DNA from: Vicinamibacterales bacterium | GTDB lineage: Bacteria > Acidobacteriota > Vicinamibacteria > Vicinamibacterales > UBA8438 | Assembly (NCBI GenBank): GCA_965249105.1 | Contig: OZ252219.1 | Span: forward strand, 3,634,941-3,698,940 | Reading direction: 5' to 3' | DNA length: 64,000 bases | Shown: piece after piece, positions 46,173 to 56,490 of the stretch | Layout: each line of letters opens with the position of its first letter | Position numbering within the stretch: position 1 is the first letter of the stretch | The notes under the pieces: model-generated | Database searches by the model: none | Told to the model about the DNA's origin: nothing | Seen by the model: the letters and a program-made list of their open reading frames with translations, nothing else | Position numbers and translations under genes: made by a program

Positions 46173-46255
46173 CGCGATGTTAGGCAAGAGGGTGATCCTT
46201 GTCAACGAAAAAATCCAGTATTTCAGGGGCGTACGGTAGAATCACCGCCCCGATC

Positions 46256-47347
46256 ATGCTTCGAGCTGGACTGATAGGCCTTCCCTCGACCGGCAAGACC
46301 ACCCTCTTCCAGTTACTGACCCACGGGCACGGGGATGCATCCGCGGGCAAGTCGGGGAAGTTTGGCCGAGCCAACGCGCAGATCGGCGTCTCGCCGGTTC
46401 CGGATCCGAGACTCGACCGCCTTACGGCACTGTTCGAGCCGAAGAAGCATGTGCCGGCGACGGTGACGTTCGCCGATATCGCCGGGTCAGCGGCGGCGCG
46501 TACGATCGTCGACCTGTCTGCGTTTCGGGAGGCCGACGCGTTGCTCCATGTGGTCCGAGCCTTCAATGCCGATGACATCCCCCACGTCTCAGAGACGATC
46601 GACCCCGGGCGCGACGCACGAGCCGTCGAAGACGAGCTGATCCTCGCCGACCTTTCGGTCGCCGAGAAGCGACTCGAACGGATCGAACGCGACCGACGCA
46701 AGGGCGCGAGCAAGGAGCTCGACCGGGAGGCCGAACTGCTGGAGCGATGCCGTGCTCGCCTGGAAGAGGGACTCCCGATTCGGGGCCTCGACCTCGACCC
46801 AACCGCCGCCAAGACGCTGCGTGGTTTTCAGTTCCTCTCGGCCAAACCTCTGCTGCTCGTCATCAACCTGGACGAAGCCAACACCCACGAGGCCGCACGG
46901 GCCGCCGAGTTGGCCAATCTCAGCGACATCCTCGAAGACACCCTCACCCGAGCCGTCGGCGTCTGCGCCAAAATCGAGCTCGAGATTGCCCAACTCGAAT
47001 CCGGTGATGCAGAGGCGTTCATGGCCGACCTGGGGCTCGATGCTCCAGGACTGGACCGCGTGATCAACGCGGCCTACGACCTGCTGGGCTACATCTCCTT
47101 CTTTACAGTTGGCGAGGACGAGTGTCGGGCGTGGTCGATTCCCAGGGGAACGAAGGCCCAACAGGCTGCCGGAGAGATCCACACCGACATCGAGCGGGGC
47201 TTCATTCGGGCCGAGGTCGTAGGATGCGAGCCCCTGCTGCAGCGAGGCTCGATCGCCGCCTGTCGGGACAAGGGTGAGGTGCGACTCGAAGGCAAGGAAT
47301 ACGGGGTGAAGGACGGGGACGTCATCAATTTCCGGTTTGCGACGTAG
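46256..47347 (+). CDS. ychF: Obg-family ATPase YchF
   Basis: GLIGLPSTGKTT, VPDPRLD, DIAG, FFTVGEDECRAW, IHTDIERGFIRAE, EGKEY..DGDV. Confidence 0.92.
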   Translation: MLRAGLIGLPSTGKTTLFQLLTHGHGDASAGKSGKFGRANAQIGVSPVPDPRLDRLTALFEPKKHVPATVTFADIAGSAAARTIVDLSAFREADALLHVVRAFNADDIPHVSETIDPGRDARAVEDELILADLSVAEKRLERIERDRRKGASKELDREAELLERCRARLEEGLPIRGLDLDPTAAKTLRGFQFLSAKPLLLVINLDEANTHEAARAAELANLSDILEDTLTRAVGVCAKIELEIAQLESGDAEAFMADLGLDAPGLDRVINAAYDLLGYISFFTVGEDECRAWSIPRGTKAQQAAGEIHTDIERGFIRAEVVGCEPLLQRGSIAACRDKGEVRLEGKEYGVKDGDVINFRFAT

Positions 47348-47352
47348 GACCC

Positions 47353-47358
47353 TATAAT
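47353..47358 (+). promoter_or_regulatory. -10 box TATAAT, probable leaderless start
   Basis: Perfect TATAAT 6 nt before ATG 47365, no SD. Confidence 0.6.
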
Positions 47359-47364
47359 TCCCCT

Positions 47365-48072
47365 ATGGACACCGGTATGCGGGCGGTGGTGATTGCCATG
47401 ATGACGTGGGTTGTCGCCGTGGCTCCGATCGACGCCGCGGACGGTGTGGACGTGTCATTTGCAGATGGTCGAGTCACCGTCATCGCCGACCAGGTTCCAC
47501 TCCACACGATCCTCGACGAATGGTCGAAACTGGGTGACACCCAGTTCGTAGATTCCAAAGATGACGGTGATGCTCGAGCCGCCATCGAGCAGCTTGCCCC
47601 ACAGCCGATGCAGATCCATCTGGTTGATGTGCCGGAAGCGGACGCGCTCCGAATTCTGTTGCGCGACGCTGCCGGTTTCATTGCCGCACCAAGAGCCGAG
47701 CAAGTCGCAGGTGCGTCGCGTTTCGGCCGGGTGCTGGTGATGGCCACGAGTCGCACGCCGGCGGGAAGCACCTTGTCCCCGGTTGCGTCCGGGACTCCCA
47801 GTCTGCCGCCGGCCCAGAGGGGCCCGCGGATCGCGGTACCAACCGGCGCGGCAGGTGTTGCCCAGGAAGCGAACGAAGGCGAGGCGATGGAAGCGCTGCG
47901 GCGAATCTTGCCGCAACCGTTTGACCAGCCTCGGACGAGTCAGCGGCCCGCGCAGCAACCCGAGCCTGCCGCCCTTCCGGCGACCGCCCCACGTCCAGGA
48001 ATGCCGGTCTCCTCGACCGATGAGACGGCGCCAGTGTTCCGACCCGTCCGTCCGCAGGCGGGCGATCGGTAG
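47365..48072 (+). CDS. Hypothetical exported protein with Pro-rich tail
   Basis: Signal peptide, globular N-domain, low-complexity C-terminus. Confidence 0.7.
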   Translation: MDTGMRAVVIAMMTWVVAVAPIDAADGVDVSFADGRVTVIADQVPLHTILDEWSKLGDTQFVDSKDDGDARAAIEQLAPQPMQIHLVDVPEADALRILLRDAAGFIAAPRAEQVAGASRFGRVLVMATSRTPAGSTLSPVASGTPSLPPAQRGPRIAVPTGAAGVAQEANEGEAMEALRRILPQPFDQPRTSQRPAQQPEPAALPATAPRPGMPVSSTDETAPVFRPVRPQAGDR

Positions 48073-48103
48073 AGCTGTCTGGCCGCAGGCGGGCGACCGG
48101 TAG
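48052..48103 (+). repeat. 21-bp direct repeat duplicating a gene's 3' end
   Basis: CCGCAGGCGGGCGA(T/C)CGGTAG at 48052-48072 and 48083-48103. Confidence 0.8.
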
Positions 48104-48121
48104 CCCCGCTGACCGCCTCGG

Positions 48122-48880
48122 TCACCCGAGCCTGTGACGGTGTCCTTCAAGCTCCAAGAGCGCCTGCTTGACTTCGACCCCACCAGTAAATCCGCCGAGC
48201 TTGCCGCCGTGCGCCACCACCCGATGACACGGTACGATGATCGGCACCGGGTTGCGACCGAGCGCACCACCCACGGCCCGGCTTGCACCCGGCGAACCAA
48301 TCCGTTTGGCGACGTCACCGTAACTCAGCCGCGACCCAAAGGGAATCCGTCGGGTCGCCCGAAGCACCCGCTCCGTGAATGCCGTTACGCCGCGCAGATC
48401 AATCTGCAGTGAGAACCGTTGTCGGTGCCCCGAGAAGTACGCATCCAGCTCTGCCAGAGCGGTCTCGACAGCGGCTCGATCGCGCCACACCTCGGGTGCC
48501 CGAGTCGCCAGTCGTCGTCGATACGCGTCCTCGCTCGATTCATCGAACGTGACGTCACAGACACCGCGATCCGACACCCCGACGAATACCCGACCGACCG
48601 GCGTTCGCAGCCAGTCGAATCGCACGACCGGGTGCCCGGCTCGCGCGAACGCCACCCGTAAGTCCTCGCGGGCCCTCCTGGCCATAGCCGTTACGCCCTT
48701 GAGCTCGTCGCCATCCGCCGCCTCGCAGGCACTGAGAAAATCCCGGGCACTCGCCCACGCGGCGGAGCACCGGCCGCAGCGCTTCATATGCGCCCTCCCG
48801 GACCGCCCGGGGAAATGCCCCGACGCGAGGTCGCCGGCAAGATACGCATCGAGCTGACGTGTGAACTCTGAGCACGTCAC
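48122..48880 (-). CDS. ogt: ZAS (zf-HC2) anti-sigma domain fused to methylated-DNA--protein-cysteine methyltransferase
   Basis: N-terminal MTC..LDAYLAGDL..HMKRCGRC; C-terminal SYGDVA..ASRAVGGALGRNPVPIIVPCHRVV..LLELEG. Confidence 0.88.
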   Translation of the reverse strand: MTCSEFTRQLDAYLAGDLASGHFPGRSGRAHMKRCGRCSAAWASARDFLSACEAADGDELKGVTAMARRAREDLRVAFARAGHPVVRFDWLRTPVGRVFVGVSDRGVCDVTFDESSEDAYRRRLATRAPEVWRDRAAVETALAELDAYFSGHRQRFSLQIDLRGVTAFTERVLRATRRIPFGSRLSYGDVAKRIGSPGASRAVGGALGRNPVPIIVPCHRVVAHGGKLGGFTGGVEVKQALLELEGHRHRLG

Positions 48881-48881
48881 G

Positions 48882-49391
48882 TCATGCCCCCTCTCCTCCG
48901 GTGTGCCGAAGTTGACGTCTCAACCGACGGACCGCCTGATACACATTGGCGCGAGCTCCGGCCTCACTCCCACCCATCGTGCTGGCAATCTCAGCGTAGG
49001 TACGGCCGAGGAGCTTGCGCTGGACGAACGCCGCCCGCTGACGACGCGGTAGTCGCGAAACGGCTCGACGATACACATCGGGGCGCGCGTACGTGTCGTC
49101 TCGGGTCTCCGAGCGCCGAGGTTCCGGCACATCGACGGTGAGCGGTATTTCCTTGCGTCGGCGTGACGCTCGCCGATCGTTTAGGAATACGTTGGTCGCA
49201 ATCCGATAGAGCCACGCTCGGTGGCTCGACCCCATCCGAAGTCGACGGAACGCCGGAAGCGCTCTGAGGAACGTCTCCTGAAAGAGGTCCTCTGCCTCGG
49301 CGCCGTTGCTCGTGAGACGGCGCAAATAGCGCAACACGTCGAGCTGGTGGGCATCGACCACCTCACCAAACGTCTGGACGGCACGTGTCAT
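48882..49391 (-). CDS. ECF sigma factor
   Basis: Region 2 AEDLFQETFLRA, WLYRIATN; region 4 LPRRQR..TYAEIA; 169 aa. Confidence 0.93.
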   Translation of the reverse strand: MTRAVQTFGEVVDAHQLDVLRYLRRLTSNGAEAEDLFQETFLRALPAFRRLRMGSSHRAWLYRIATNVFLNDRRASRRRKEIPLTVDVPEPRRSETRDDTYARPDVYRRAVSRLPRRQRAAFVQRKLLGRTYAEIASTMGGSEAGARANVYQAVRRLRRQLRHTGGEGA

Positions 49392-49470
49392 CTACGACTA
49401 CTCAAACACCGGCGACGGCCGAATGTGAAATCGGTTGTGGCATCGCCCGTATGCTACGCTGACCGCCAGC

Positions 49471-51108
49471 ATGTCGCCCTCCGAACCCACCGCGCCCGCG
49501 GTGGCTTCATCTGACCCCTCCGATAGCGGATCCACAACCACGAAACTTGCTAAATCAGCCGGTCTGGTCGGCTCCGCTACGCTGACGAGCCGCGTGCTCG
49601 GGCTGGTGCGTGACCAGGTCTTGGCGTTTCTCTTCGGAGCCGGCGACACGATGGACGCCTTCAACGTCGCCTATCGCATCCCCAACTTGATGCGGGACCT
49701 CTTTGCCGAAGGCGCGATGAGCGCCGCGTTCGTCCCGACATTTACCAGACGGTTGACGCTGCTAGGAAAACAAGCGGCATGGCACGTCGGGAACCAGCTC
49801 ATCAATGCGCTGCTGGTGGTCACGGGAGCGTTGGTGATGCTGGGCATTGTCTTTACGGAGCCACTCACGCTGCTGTTGGCAGAGAGCTATGCGGAGGTTC
49901 CCGGCAAACTCGAGCTCACGGTCACCCTGACTCGAATCATGCTGCCGTTCCTCACTTTGGTCGCACTCGCCGCCGCCGTGATGGGAATGCTCAACTCGCT
50001 CAATCGGTTCTTCACCCCGGCGCTCTCTCCTGCCATGTTCAACGTGGGGGTGATCGCCAGCGCACTCCTGCTGGTCCCCGCGATGCCTCGCGTCGGTCTG
50101 GAGCCGATTCTGGGCATTGCCATGGGCGTCGTCATCGGGGGTGTTGGGCAGATCGTGTTGCAGCTGCCCGTGCTCTACAAGGAAGGCTATCGATACAAAC
50201 CGTTACTGAATCCCTTCGACCCTGGCCTGCAGGAGATCCTCCGATTGATCGGACCGGGAACGTTGGCGGGCGCCGCCGTGCAGATCAACCTCCTGGTCAA
50301 CATGGTGCTGGCCACCGGCGAAGGCACGGGTGCCGTCTCCTGGCTTAGCTACGCCTTCCGTGTGATGTATCTGCCGATTGGAATCTTCGGGGTGTCGATC
50401 GCCACGGCCACACTCCCCGAAGTCTCGCGTCACGCCGCTCAGGCAGAGATAGGGAGCATCCGGAAGACCGTCTCTAGCGCGCTTCGGATGACGCTGATCC
50501 TGAACGTCCCCGCTCTGGTGGGACTAATCGTCCTGGCCTCCCCGATCGTCGGATTGATCTTCGAGCGCGGGAGCTTCCTGCCATCTGACACCCCTCAGAC
50601 GGCAGCCGCACTCATATTCTACGCACCGGGTCTCCTGGGATACGCCGCCGTGCGGATCGCCGTCCCCTGCTTCTATGCCCTACAAAACAGCGTCACGCCG
50701 ACTCTCGTCAGCGTCTTTTCGGTCGCGCTGAACATCGTGCTCAACCTGATCCTCGTACGACTTATGGGCTTCCGCGGTCTCGCGCTCGGGACATCCATCG
50801 CTGCCCTCGTGAACGGCGGCATCCTGCTGGTATTGCTCAGAGGTCGACTCGACGGTCTGGATACCGCCCGGGTCTTCCGCACCTTCGTCAAGATCACGGT
50901 GGCCGCCGGCCTCATGGGCGTCGCGGTCTGGGCGGCGCATGGCTGGCTCGTCGATGTCGTATCTGGAACGGGCCTCTTCGCCCGCCTACTCCAAGTGTTT
51001 GGCAGCATCGGATGCGGCCTCCTGGTGCTCGTGGTGGGCGCCCGCCTCCTGCGCATCGACGAGCTCGAGCAAGCGAGACGACAGATACTCGGCCGGCTCG
51101 GCTCATAA
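49471..51108 (+). CDS. murJ: Lipid II flippase MurJ
   Basis: SRVLGLVRD, AYRIPNLMRDLFAEGAMSAAFVP, FERGSF, GLALGTS. Confidence 0.96.
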   Translation: MSPSEPTAPAVASSDPSDSGSTTTKLAKSAGLVGSATLTSRVLGLVRDQVLAFLFGAGDTMDAFNVAYRIPNLMRDLFAEGAMSAAFVPTFTRRLTLLGKQAAWHVGNQLINALLVVTGALVMLGIVFTEPLTLLLAESYAEVPGKLELTVTLTRIMLPFLTLVALAAAVMGMLNSLNRFFTPALSPAMFNVGVIASALLLVPAMPRVGLEPILGIAMGVVIGGVGQIVLQLPVLYKEGYRYKPLLNPFDPGLQEILRLIGPGTLAGAAVQINLLVNMVLATGEGTGAVSWLSYAFRVMYLPIGIFGVSIATATLPEVSRHAAQAEIGSIRKTVSSALRMTLILNVPALVGLIVLASPIVGLIFERGSFLPSDTPQTAAALIFYAPGLLGYAAVRIAVPCFYALQNSVTPTLVSVFSVALNIVLNLILVRLMGFRGLALGTSIAALVNGGILLVLLRGRLDGLDTARVFRTFVKITVAAGLMGVAVWAAHGWLVDVVSGTGLFARLLQVFGSIGCGLLVLVVGARLLRIDELEQARRQILGRLGS

Positions 51109-51191
51109 CCCAAGTAGAACCGCTAGCTCACCACCGACGGCCAGCGAAGTGGTACGATGGCGATGTCTTTCTTTCCACCTGACCACCAGCC

Positions 51192-51980
51192 ATGCGACGC
51201 GCCGCCTACGGAGGTCCCGGATACGTCCAGTTCGGCCCAGGCACGATGACGCCGGTCGTCAAGAAACTGATCTATGCCAACATTGCGGTCTTTGTCGTCA
51301 TGGAGTTGGCGCCCGACCGGCTGCATCAGTGGCTCATCCAGGTATTCGCGTTCACACCGGCGGTGGCCCTGGAACAGTTCCGCATCTGGCAACCGTTCAC
51401 CTACATGTTCATGCACGGGGGTGTCTTTCACATCCTCGTCAACATGCTGGTGTTGTGGATGTTCGGCGTGCAGCTCGAGCGGCTCTGGGGTTCGCGTTTC
51501 TTCCTGAAGTTCTACCTGGTCGCTGGGGCGGGCGCCGCGATCGTCACGCTCGTCGCGTGCTGGCTGCCGTTCTCGTTCGCCCCGATGACCTACATCACGC
51601 CGACCATCGGTGCGTCAGGGGCGACGTATGGCCTACTGCTTGGCTTTGCGCTGTATTACCCGGAAGCCCCGATTCTCATGCTCCTGATGTTCTCGATTCC
51701 GGCCAAGTATTTCGTGATGATCCTCGGCGCAATCTCGTTCATCTCCGCGCCGCGTGGCGGAGGGGTCGCCCACGTGACCCATCTGGGCGGTCTCCTCGCT
51801 GGGTATCTGTTCCTGAGGCAGTATCGGAGCGTCTCGGGTCAGAGGCTCGGCTTCGGGCGGCTGGGTCTCATGGCTGACATCAAGTATCGCTGGGTCAAGT
51901 GGAAGATGAATCGTCTCCGCAAGCGATTCGAGGTTCACCAGGGCGGGAACGACACCGACTGGGACAAGCGCATTCACTAG
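51192..51980 (+). CDS. Rhomboid intramembrane serine protease
   Basis: WQPFTYMFMH, HILVNM, IGASG, AHVTHLGG. Confidence 0.93.
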   Translation: MRRAAYGGPGYVQFGPGTMTPVVKKLIYANIAVFVVMELAPDRLHQWLIQVFAFTPAVALEQFRIWQPFTYMFMHGGVFHILVNMLVLWMFGVQLERLWGSRFFLKFYLVAGAGAAIVTLVACWLPFSFAPMTYITPTIGASGATYGLLLGFALYYPEAPILMLLMFSIPAKYFVMILGAISFISAPRGGGVAHVTHLGGLLAGYLFLRQYRSVSGQRLGFGRLGLMADIKYRWVKWKMNRLRKRFEVHQGGNDTDWDKRIH

Positions 51981-52042
51981 TGGAGTGTCGTGGAGTGTCC
52001 TCGTGATTCGTGAGAGGACACTCCATTAGCGCACCCGTATGG

Positions 52043-52360
52043 CTACGCTGGGTGCGCGTCGATGACCAGAACGAAAGTGTCGTCGAGCGCCACCGCCTGG
52101 TGACGAGTCCCGGCAGGCACCCGCAAGACGTCACCCTCGAGGACGGTCAGATCTCGACCGGCCACCGCACACGCCAATCCACCCTGGAGTACGTACACCA
52201 TCTGTTCGCTGTCGTGAACGTGCAATGGGACATGCGCACCGCGCTTTAGATGGACCTGAGCCAGCATCTGCTGCCCGCCCGGCATCACCTTTCTCGACAC
52301 CATCTCCGTCACCTTCTCGAGAGGGAGCTCGTCCCATCGTTGCACACCACGGTCGGCCAC
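52043..52360 (-). CDS. Cupin domain protein
   Basis: PLHVHDSEQMVYVLQG...GDVLRVPAGTRH. Confidence 0.88.
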   Translation of the reverse strand: MADRGVQRWDELPLEKVTEMVSRKVMPGGQQMLAQVHLKRGAHVPLHVHDSEQMVYVLQGGLACAVAGRDLTVLEGDVLRVPAGTRHQAVALDDTFVLVIDAHPA

Positions 52361-52436
52361 TAGATGTCTCCCTGTATTTGTCCTCTTAATATCGTGTTTT
52401 GTTGAACTTACGCGTCGCGTGTCCCGTCCGACCCCA

Positions 52437-52445
52437 TGATATAAT
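52437..52445 (+). promoter_or_regulatory. Extended -10 promoter TGaTATAAT for the E1 gene
   Basis: Perfect TGnTATAAT about 75 nt upstream of ATG 52522. Confidence 0.65.
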
Positions 52446-52521
52446 TTGCCGGCGTGCGCCTCAGAATCGGAGATCTAGGTGAGGAGATTGCTAGCGCTGT
52501 TTCCCGCAGGGATCCTGCACT

Positions 52522-54666
52522 ATGAAAGCTGCACCGGTCAGTAGCGGAGCAACCCCTCACACGACGTCAACCGCCCGCGAAACACCAGGTGGGCTCTCTC
52601 GTGAAGACTGGCTTCGCTTCTACCGTACGATGTTGCTCTCGCGGCGGCTGGACGACAAGGAAATTCAACTCAAGAACCAGAGTAAGAGCTATTTTCAAAT
52701 CAGCGCGGCCGGTCACGAAGCCATCCAAGTGGCGGCCGGGATGGCCTTGCGACCGGGCTACGACTGGTTCTTCCCGTACTACCGGGACCGCGCGCTCTGC
52801 CTCACACTCGGTGTCACCCCTCTCGACATGCTCCTGGGCGCGGTCGGAGCGGCCACCGACCCGAGCTCTGGCGGTCGGCAGATGCCCAATCACTGGAGCT
52901 CGCCCGCTCTATATATCGTGTCGCCTTCGAGCGCCACAACCACGCAGTGCCTGCACGCGGTCGGGGCGGCCGAAGCGGGAGAGCTGTACCAACGGGCCGC
53001 TCACCTCGAGGGCCTCGGCGACGCACAACCTGACGAGGTCGCCTTCGTCTCGTTGGGCGACGGGTCCACCAGCGAGGGCGAATTCTGGGAGTCGCTCAAC
53101 ACCGCGTGTTCCGCGCGGCTACCAGTCGTATTTCTTGTCGAAGATAACGGATACGCGATCTCGGTCCCGGTCGATGCGCAAACACCCGGGGGGGACGTGG
53201 CCCGTCTTCTGGAGAACTTTCCGAATCTCAAGGTCATTCGCGTAGACGGGACGGACGCGGTCGCCAGCCTACGCGCGATGACGGCGGCGGTTGACTATGC
53301 TCGGGCACGGTCCGGACCGGCGCTCGTGAGGGCCTCAGTCGTGCGACCGTACTCGCACTCGATGTCGGACGACGAAGGCCAGTACAAGAGCCGGGCGACA
53401 CGGGACGAGGAGGCCACGCGCGACCCGCTCGCGCGATGCGCTGACCTGTTTGAGCTGGAGTCGCTGGCTACCGACGAAGACCTTGAGTTGATAGCGACCG
53501 ATGTCGACCGCGAGATTCACGAGGCCACCGAGCTGGCCCTGGAAGCCGCGAAGCCTGACCCGGCAACGACAGTCCTGTATGTGTACTCGCCGACGATTGA
53601 CCCCACTTCCGATACCTTCGACGCCGTTCCCCTGGCCGACACCGAGCCCACCACGATGGTGTCGGCGATCAACCGGACGCTCAAGGACGAGATGGCCGTC
53701 AACCCGTACATCGTGGTGTTTGGCGAGGACGTAGCCGATGCTAGCCACCCCGACATTCTGTCTGAGGTACAGGGCAAGGGTGGCGTGTTCAAGGCAACGC
53801 TCGGACTCCAGAGAGAGCACGGCAGCGACCGGGTCTTCAACACACCGCTCGCGGAGGCCAACATTGTCGGCCGGGCGATAGGCATGGCGGTTCGGGGGCT
53901 CAAACCCGTCGTCGAAATACAGTTCTTCGACTACATCTGGCCAGCGATGATGCAGATTCGGGACGAGCTCACGATGATGCGGTACCGGTCCAACAACGAC
54001 TTCTCCTGTCCGGTCGTCATCAGGGCGCCGGTTGGCGGATACCTGAAGGGTGGCTCGTTGTATCACTCGCAGTCGGGTGAAAGCATCTTCGCGCATTGTC
54101 CGGGGTTGCGAGTCGTCTATCCGTCGAACGCCATCGATGCCGCTGGACTACTCCGAACGTCGATTCGATGCGATGACCCCGTGCTCTTCCTCGAGCACAA
54201 GCACCTCTATCGGCAGACCTACAACAAGGGCCCGTATCCTGGGGCCGACTTCACGGTGCCGTTCGGTCGCGCCCAGGTCTGTCGCCCGGGGTCCGACCTT
54301 ACGGTGATTACCTGGGGGGCACTCGTCCAGCGCAGTCTCCTGGCGGCAGAACAGGCGGCCCAGGAGGGGATAGACACGATGGTGGTCGACTTACGCACCA
54401 TCGCGCCTTACGACTGGGAGGGCATCGCCAAGGCCGTCTCCGCCACGAGTCGGGTCATCATTGCTCACGAGGACCAGGTGACGTGCGGTTTCGGCGCTGA
54501 GATCGCAGCCCGGATCGCCAGCGATCTCTTCGATCAGTTGGATGCACCGGTTAGGCGGGTGGGCGCCCTCGACTGCCCGGTGGCCTACAGCCCGGTGCTT
54601 GAAGAACGGATTTTGCCCCAGGCATCAGACATCCACGCAGCGATACGCGACACCGCCGCCTACTAG
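52522..54666 (+). CDS. 2-oxoacid (branched-chain type) dehydrogenase E1, fused alpha+beta subunits
   Basis: [21 protein letters not shown] motif, HSMSDD, GEDV, NTPLAE, EIQFFDY, LEHK. Confidence 0.94.
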   Translation: MKAAPVSSGATPHTTSTARETPGGLSREDWLRFYRTMLLSRRLDDKEIQLKNQSKSYFQISAAGHEAIQVAAGMALRPGYDWFFPYYRDRALCLTLGVTPLDMLLGAVGAATDPSSGGRQMPNHWSSPALYIVSPSSATTTQCLHAVGAAEAGELYQRAAHLEGLGDAQPDEVAFVSLGDGSTSEGEFWESLNTACSARLPVVFLVEDNGYAISVPVDAQTPGGDVARLLENFPNLKVIRVDGTDAVASLRAMTAAVDYARARSGPALVRASVVRPYSHSMSDDEGQYKSRATRDEEATRDPLARCADLFELESLATDEDLELIATDVDREIHEATELALEAAKPDPATTVLYVYSPTIDPTSDTFDAVPLADTEPTTMVSAINRTLKDEMAVNPYIVVFGEDVADASHPDILSEVQGKGGVFKATLGLQREHGSDRVFNTPLAEANIVGRAIGMAVRGLKPVVEIQFFDYIWPAMMQIRDELTMMRYRSNNDFSCPVVIRAPVGGYLKGGSLYHSQSGESIFAHCPGLRVVYPSNAIDAAGLLRTSIRCDDPVLFLEHKHLYRQTYNKGPYPGADFTVPFGRAQVCRPGSDLTVITWGALVQRSLLAAEQAAQEGIDTMVVDLRTIAPYDWEGIAKAVSATSRVIIAHEDQVTCGFGAEIAARIASDLFDQLDAPVRRVGALDCPVAYSPVLEERILPQASDIHAAIRDTAAY

Positions 54667-55694
54667 TGCCCTATCCCCCCTTGGCCAGACTCACGATCGT
54701 TGCTCTGGTGGCTGTCGTGTGCCTCGGTCTGACCCGAACCCAGGGCCGGGTCGACGTCATCCAATCGTCGGGCGGCCTCCCCGCCACGATCGCTGGATCG
54801 TTTCGCGAGCCCACAGCTTTTCAGCAAGGTCCGAATGGCGACTACTACGTCTTCGACCGCGGGACGCAAACGGTCCACCTGATTTCCGCCTCCGGCCAGG
54901 TGACGTCGATCGTCGAGATCGGCCCTGAACAGGGTCGCATCATCGGTGCCAGCGCATTCGACGTGGGCCCCGATGGACGTTTCGTCGTCGCCGATGCACC
55001 GGACGGTCGCGAACGGGTGCAGATCTTCGAGGCTGACGGCAGCCGTCTCGGTGGCTTCACCCTTCCCGGTCGGGCGGCGCCGCGCCTCACGATCGGGAGC
55101 CAGACGCTCAGCGGGGTCGGATCGCTGCACTTCACCGGTCACTCGATCGTGATGAGTCAACCGGAGCTTGGCGGACTCGTGACGCAATTCAACCTCAACG
55201 GTCAGCCGTTCCACACGTTCGGCGTGTTCCGGGCGACTGGTCACGAGGATGATCGCGACGTGCACCTTGCGCTCAACAGCGGGATCCCGTTGTCCACCTC
55301 CACTGGGGATTTCTACTTCGTGTTTCAGGCAGGGCGCCCGCTCTTGCGAAAGTTCGACGCACGGGGACAGCTGCGCTTCGAACGGTACCTGCAAGGCCCG
55401 GAATTGGACGGTCTCATCGCGAGCCTCCCCACGACGTGGCCCAGACTCGCCGACGACCGCGGCCGAGAGTTTCCCGTAGTTCCGCCAACCGTGAGGGCTG
55501 CCGCCGTTGACCTGAACGACAACCTCTGGGTCGCGCTGACCGCTCCGGTCGTCTACGTTTACGATTCAGACGGTGAGAAGATCCGAACGCTCAGGTTACG
55601 GGCCGCGGGCACCGTTCGCCCCACTAGCTTGTCGTTCTCGAATGGGAACGACCTACTGGTGACCCCCGGCTGTTACGAGTTCGAGGTCTGGTAG
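54666..55694 (+). CDS. Exported beta-propeller (NHL/6-bladed-like) protein
   Basis: Signal peptide, repeated blade-like motifs (YYVFD, FVVAD, VYVYDSDG). Confidence 0.7.
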   Translation: MPYPPLARLTIVALVAVVCLGLTRTQGRVDVIQSSGGLPATIAGSFREPTAFQQGPNGDYYVFDRGTQTVHLISASGQVTSIVEIGPEQGRIIGASAFDVGPDGRFVVADAPDGRERVQIFEADGSRLGGFTLPGRAAPRLTIGSQTLSGVGSLHFTGHSIVMSQPELGGLVTQFNLNGQPFHTFGVFRATGHEDDRDVHLALNSGIPLSTSTGDFYFVFQAGRPLLRKFDARGQLRFERYLQGPELDGLIASLPTTWPRLADDRGREFPVVPPTVRAAAVDLNDNLWVALTAPVVYVYDSDGEKIRTLRLRAAGTVRPTSLSFSNGNDLLVTPGCYEFEVW

Positions 55695-55864
55695 CGGTTT
55701 GGCCGCGACCTGCGGGAGCGATCGTCGGCGCGATCGTGTTGCCGCGTTCAGGGCCGTTTGTTATCATTGGCTGTTTTGTTCCGCCTCGGGAGACGGCGTC
55801 GTGTCCCTGGCTTTTCGGGACGGCGCCAGGACGGCCCCGGCAGCCTGTCTGGGCCACAATTCAC

Positions 55865-56107
55865 ATGCCCGATGAGCGTGACCCGTTCCTGGCGAGTTCT
55901 TTCCGGCACATGCAGGAGAACTTCCGTCGGGCGGGACCGGCAGCAACGGCTAGCTACACGCTAACCGGTGCCATCCTGCTTCTTGGTGGGATCGGGGTCG
56001 CGGTGGACCGCTGGCTGGAGACCTCGCCATGGTTTGTGCTGGGCGGCTTGGTCCTTGGAATGGTCATAGGGTTCTACGGACTCGCGAAGACAATGTGGAA
56101 GCGGTGA
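55865..56107 (+). CDS. AtpZ/AtpI (ATPase gene 1) family membrane protein
   Basis: GIGVAVDRWLETSPW..GLVLG..GFY, upstream of atpB. Confidence 0.85.
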   Translation: MPDERDPFLASSFRHMQENFRRAGPAATASYTLTGAILLLGGIGVAVDRWLETSPWFVLGGLVLGMVIGFYGLAKTMWKR

Positions 56108-56111
56108 AGGG

Positions 56112-56468
56112 ATGAAGTCAGCAGCCTACATGACGGGCGCGTGCGTGGCGTCGTGGCTCATCGGCGTCGTGCTCTTCGCCCCTGAGGCCGCGATCGAACT
56201 GCTTGCGGGTATGGCGCTACCGCTCGTGATGGCGGCTGGGACGATGACGCTAGTCGAGCGGACCTGTGCCCGTGACCCACGCCAGCTGACGCCGCTCATG
56301 ATGAAAGCCTTCGGAGCGAAGATGGTCTTGGTCGGCGCGTATGTGGCGGCGGTCTTGGGTGTCACACCACTCGACCCGGTCCCGTTCGCGGCGAGCTTCT
56401 TCGTGTATTTCATCGGCCTCCATCTGACCGAAGCGCTACAGCTGCGGTCGTTGTTCTCTCATCGATGA
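56112..56468 (+). CDS. AtpI-like membrane protein
   Basis: About 4 hydrophobic segments, between atpZ-like and atpB. Confidence 0.65.
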   Translation: MKSAAYMTGACVASWLIGVVLFAPEAAIELLAGMALPLVMAAGTMTLVERTCARDPRQLTPLMMKAFGAKMVLVGAYVAAVLGVTPLDPVPFAASFFVYFIGLHLTEALQLRSLFSHR

Positions 56469-56490
56469 CAGCTGGCCCGGTCTTAGTGTC

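Noticed and set aside
52522..54666. E1 alpha-beta fusion as a novelty
   Set aside because: Known architecture in several phyla
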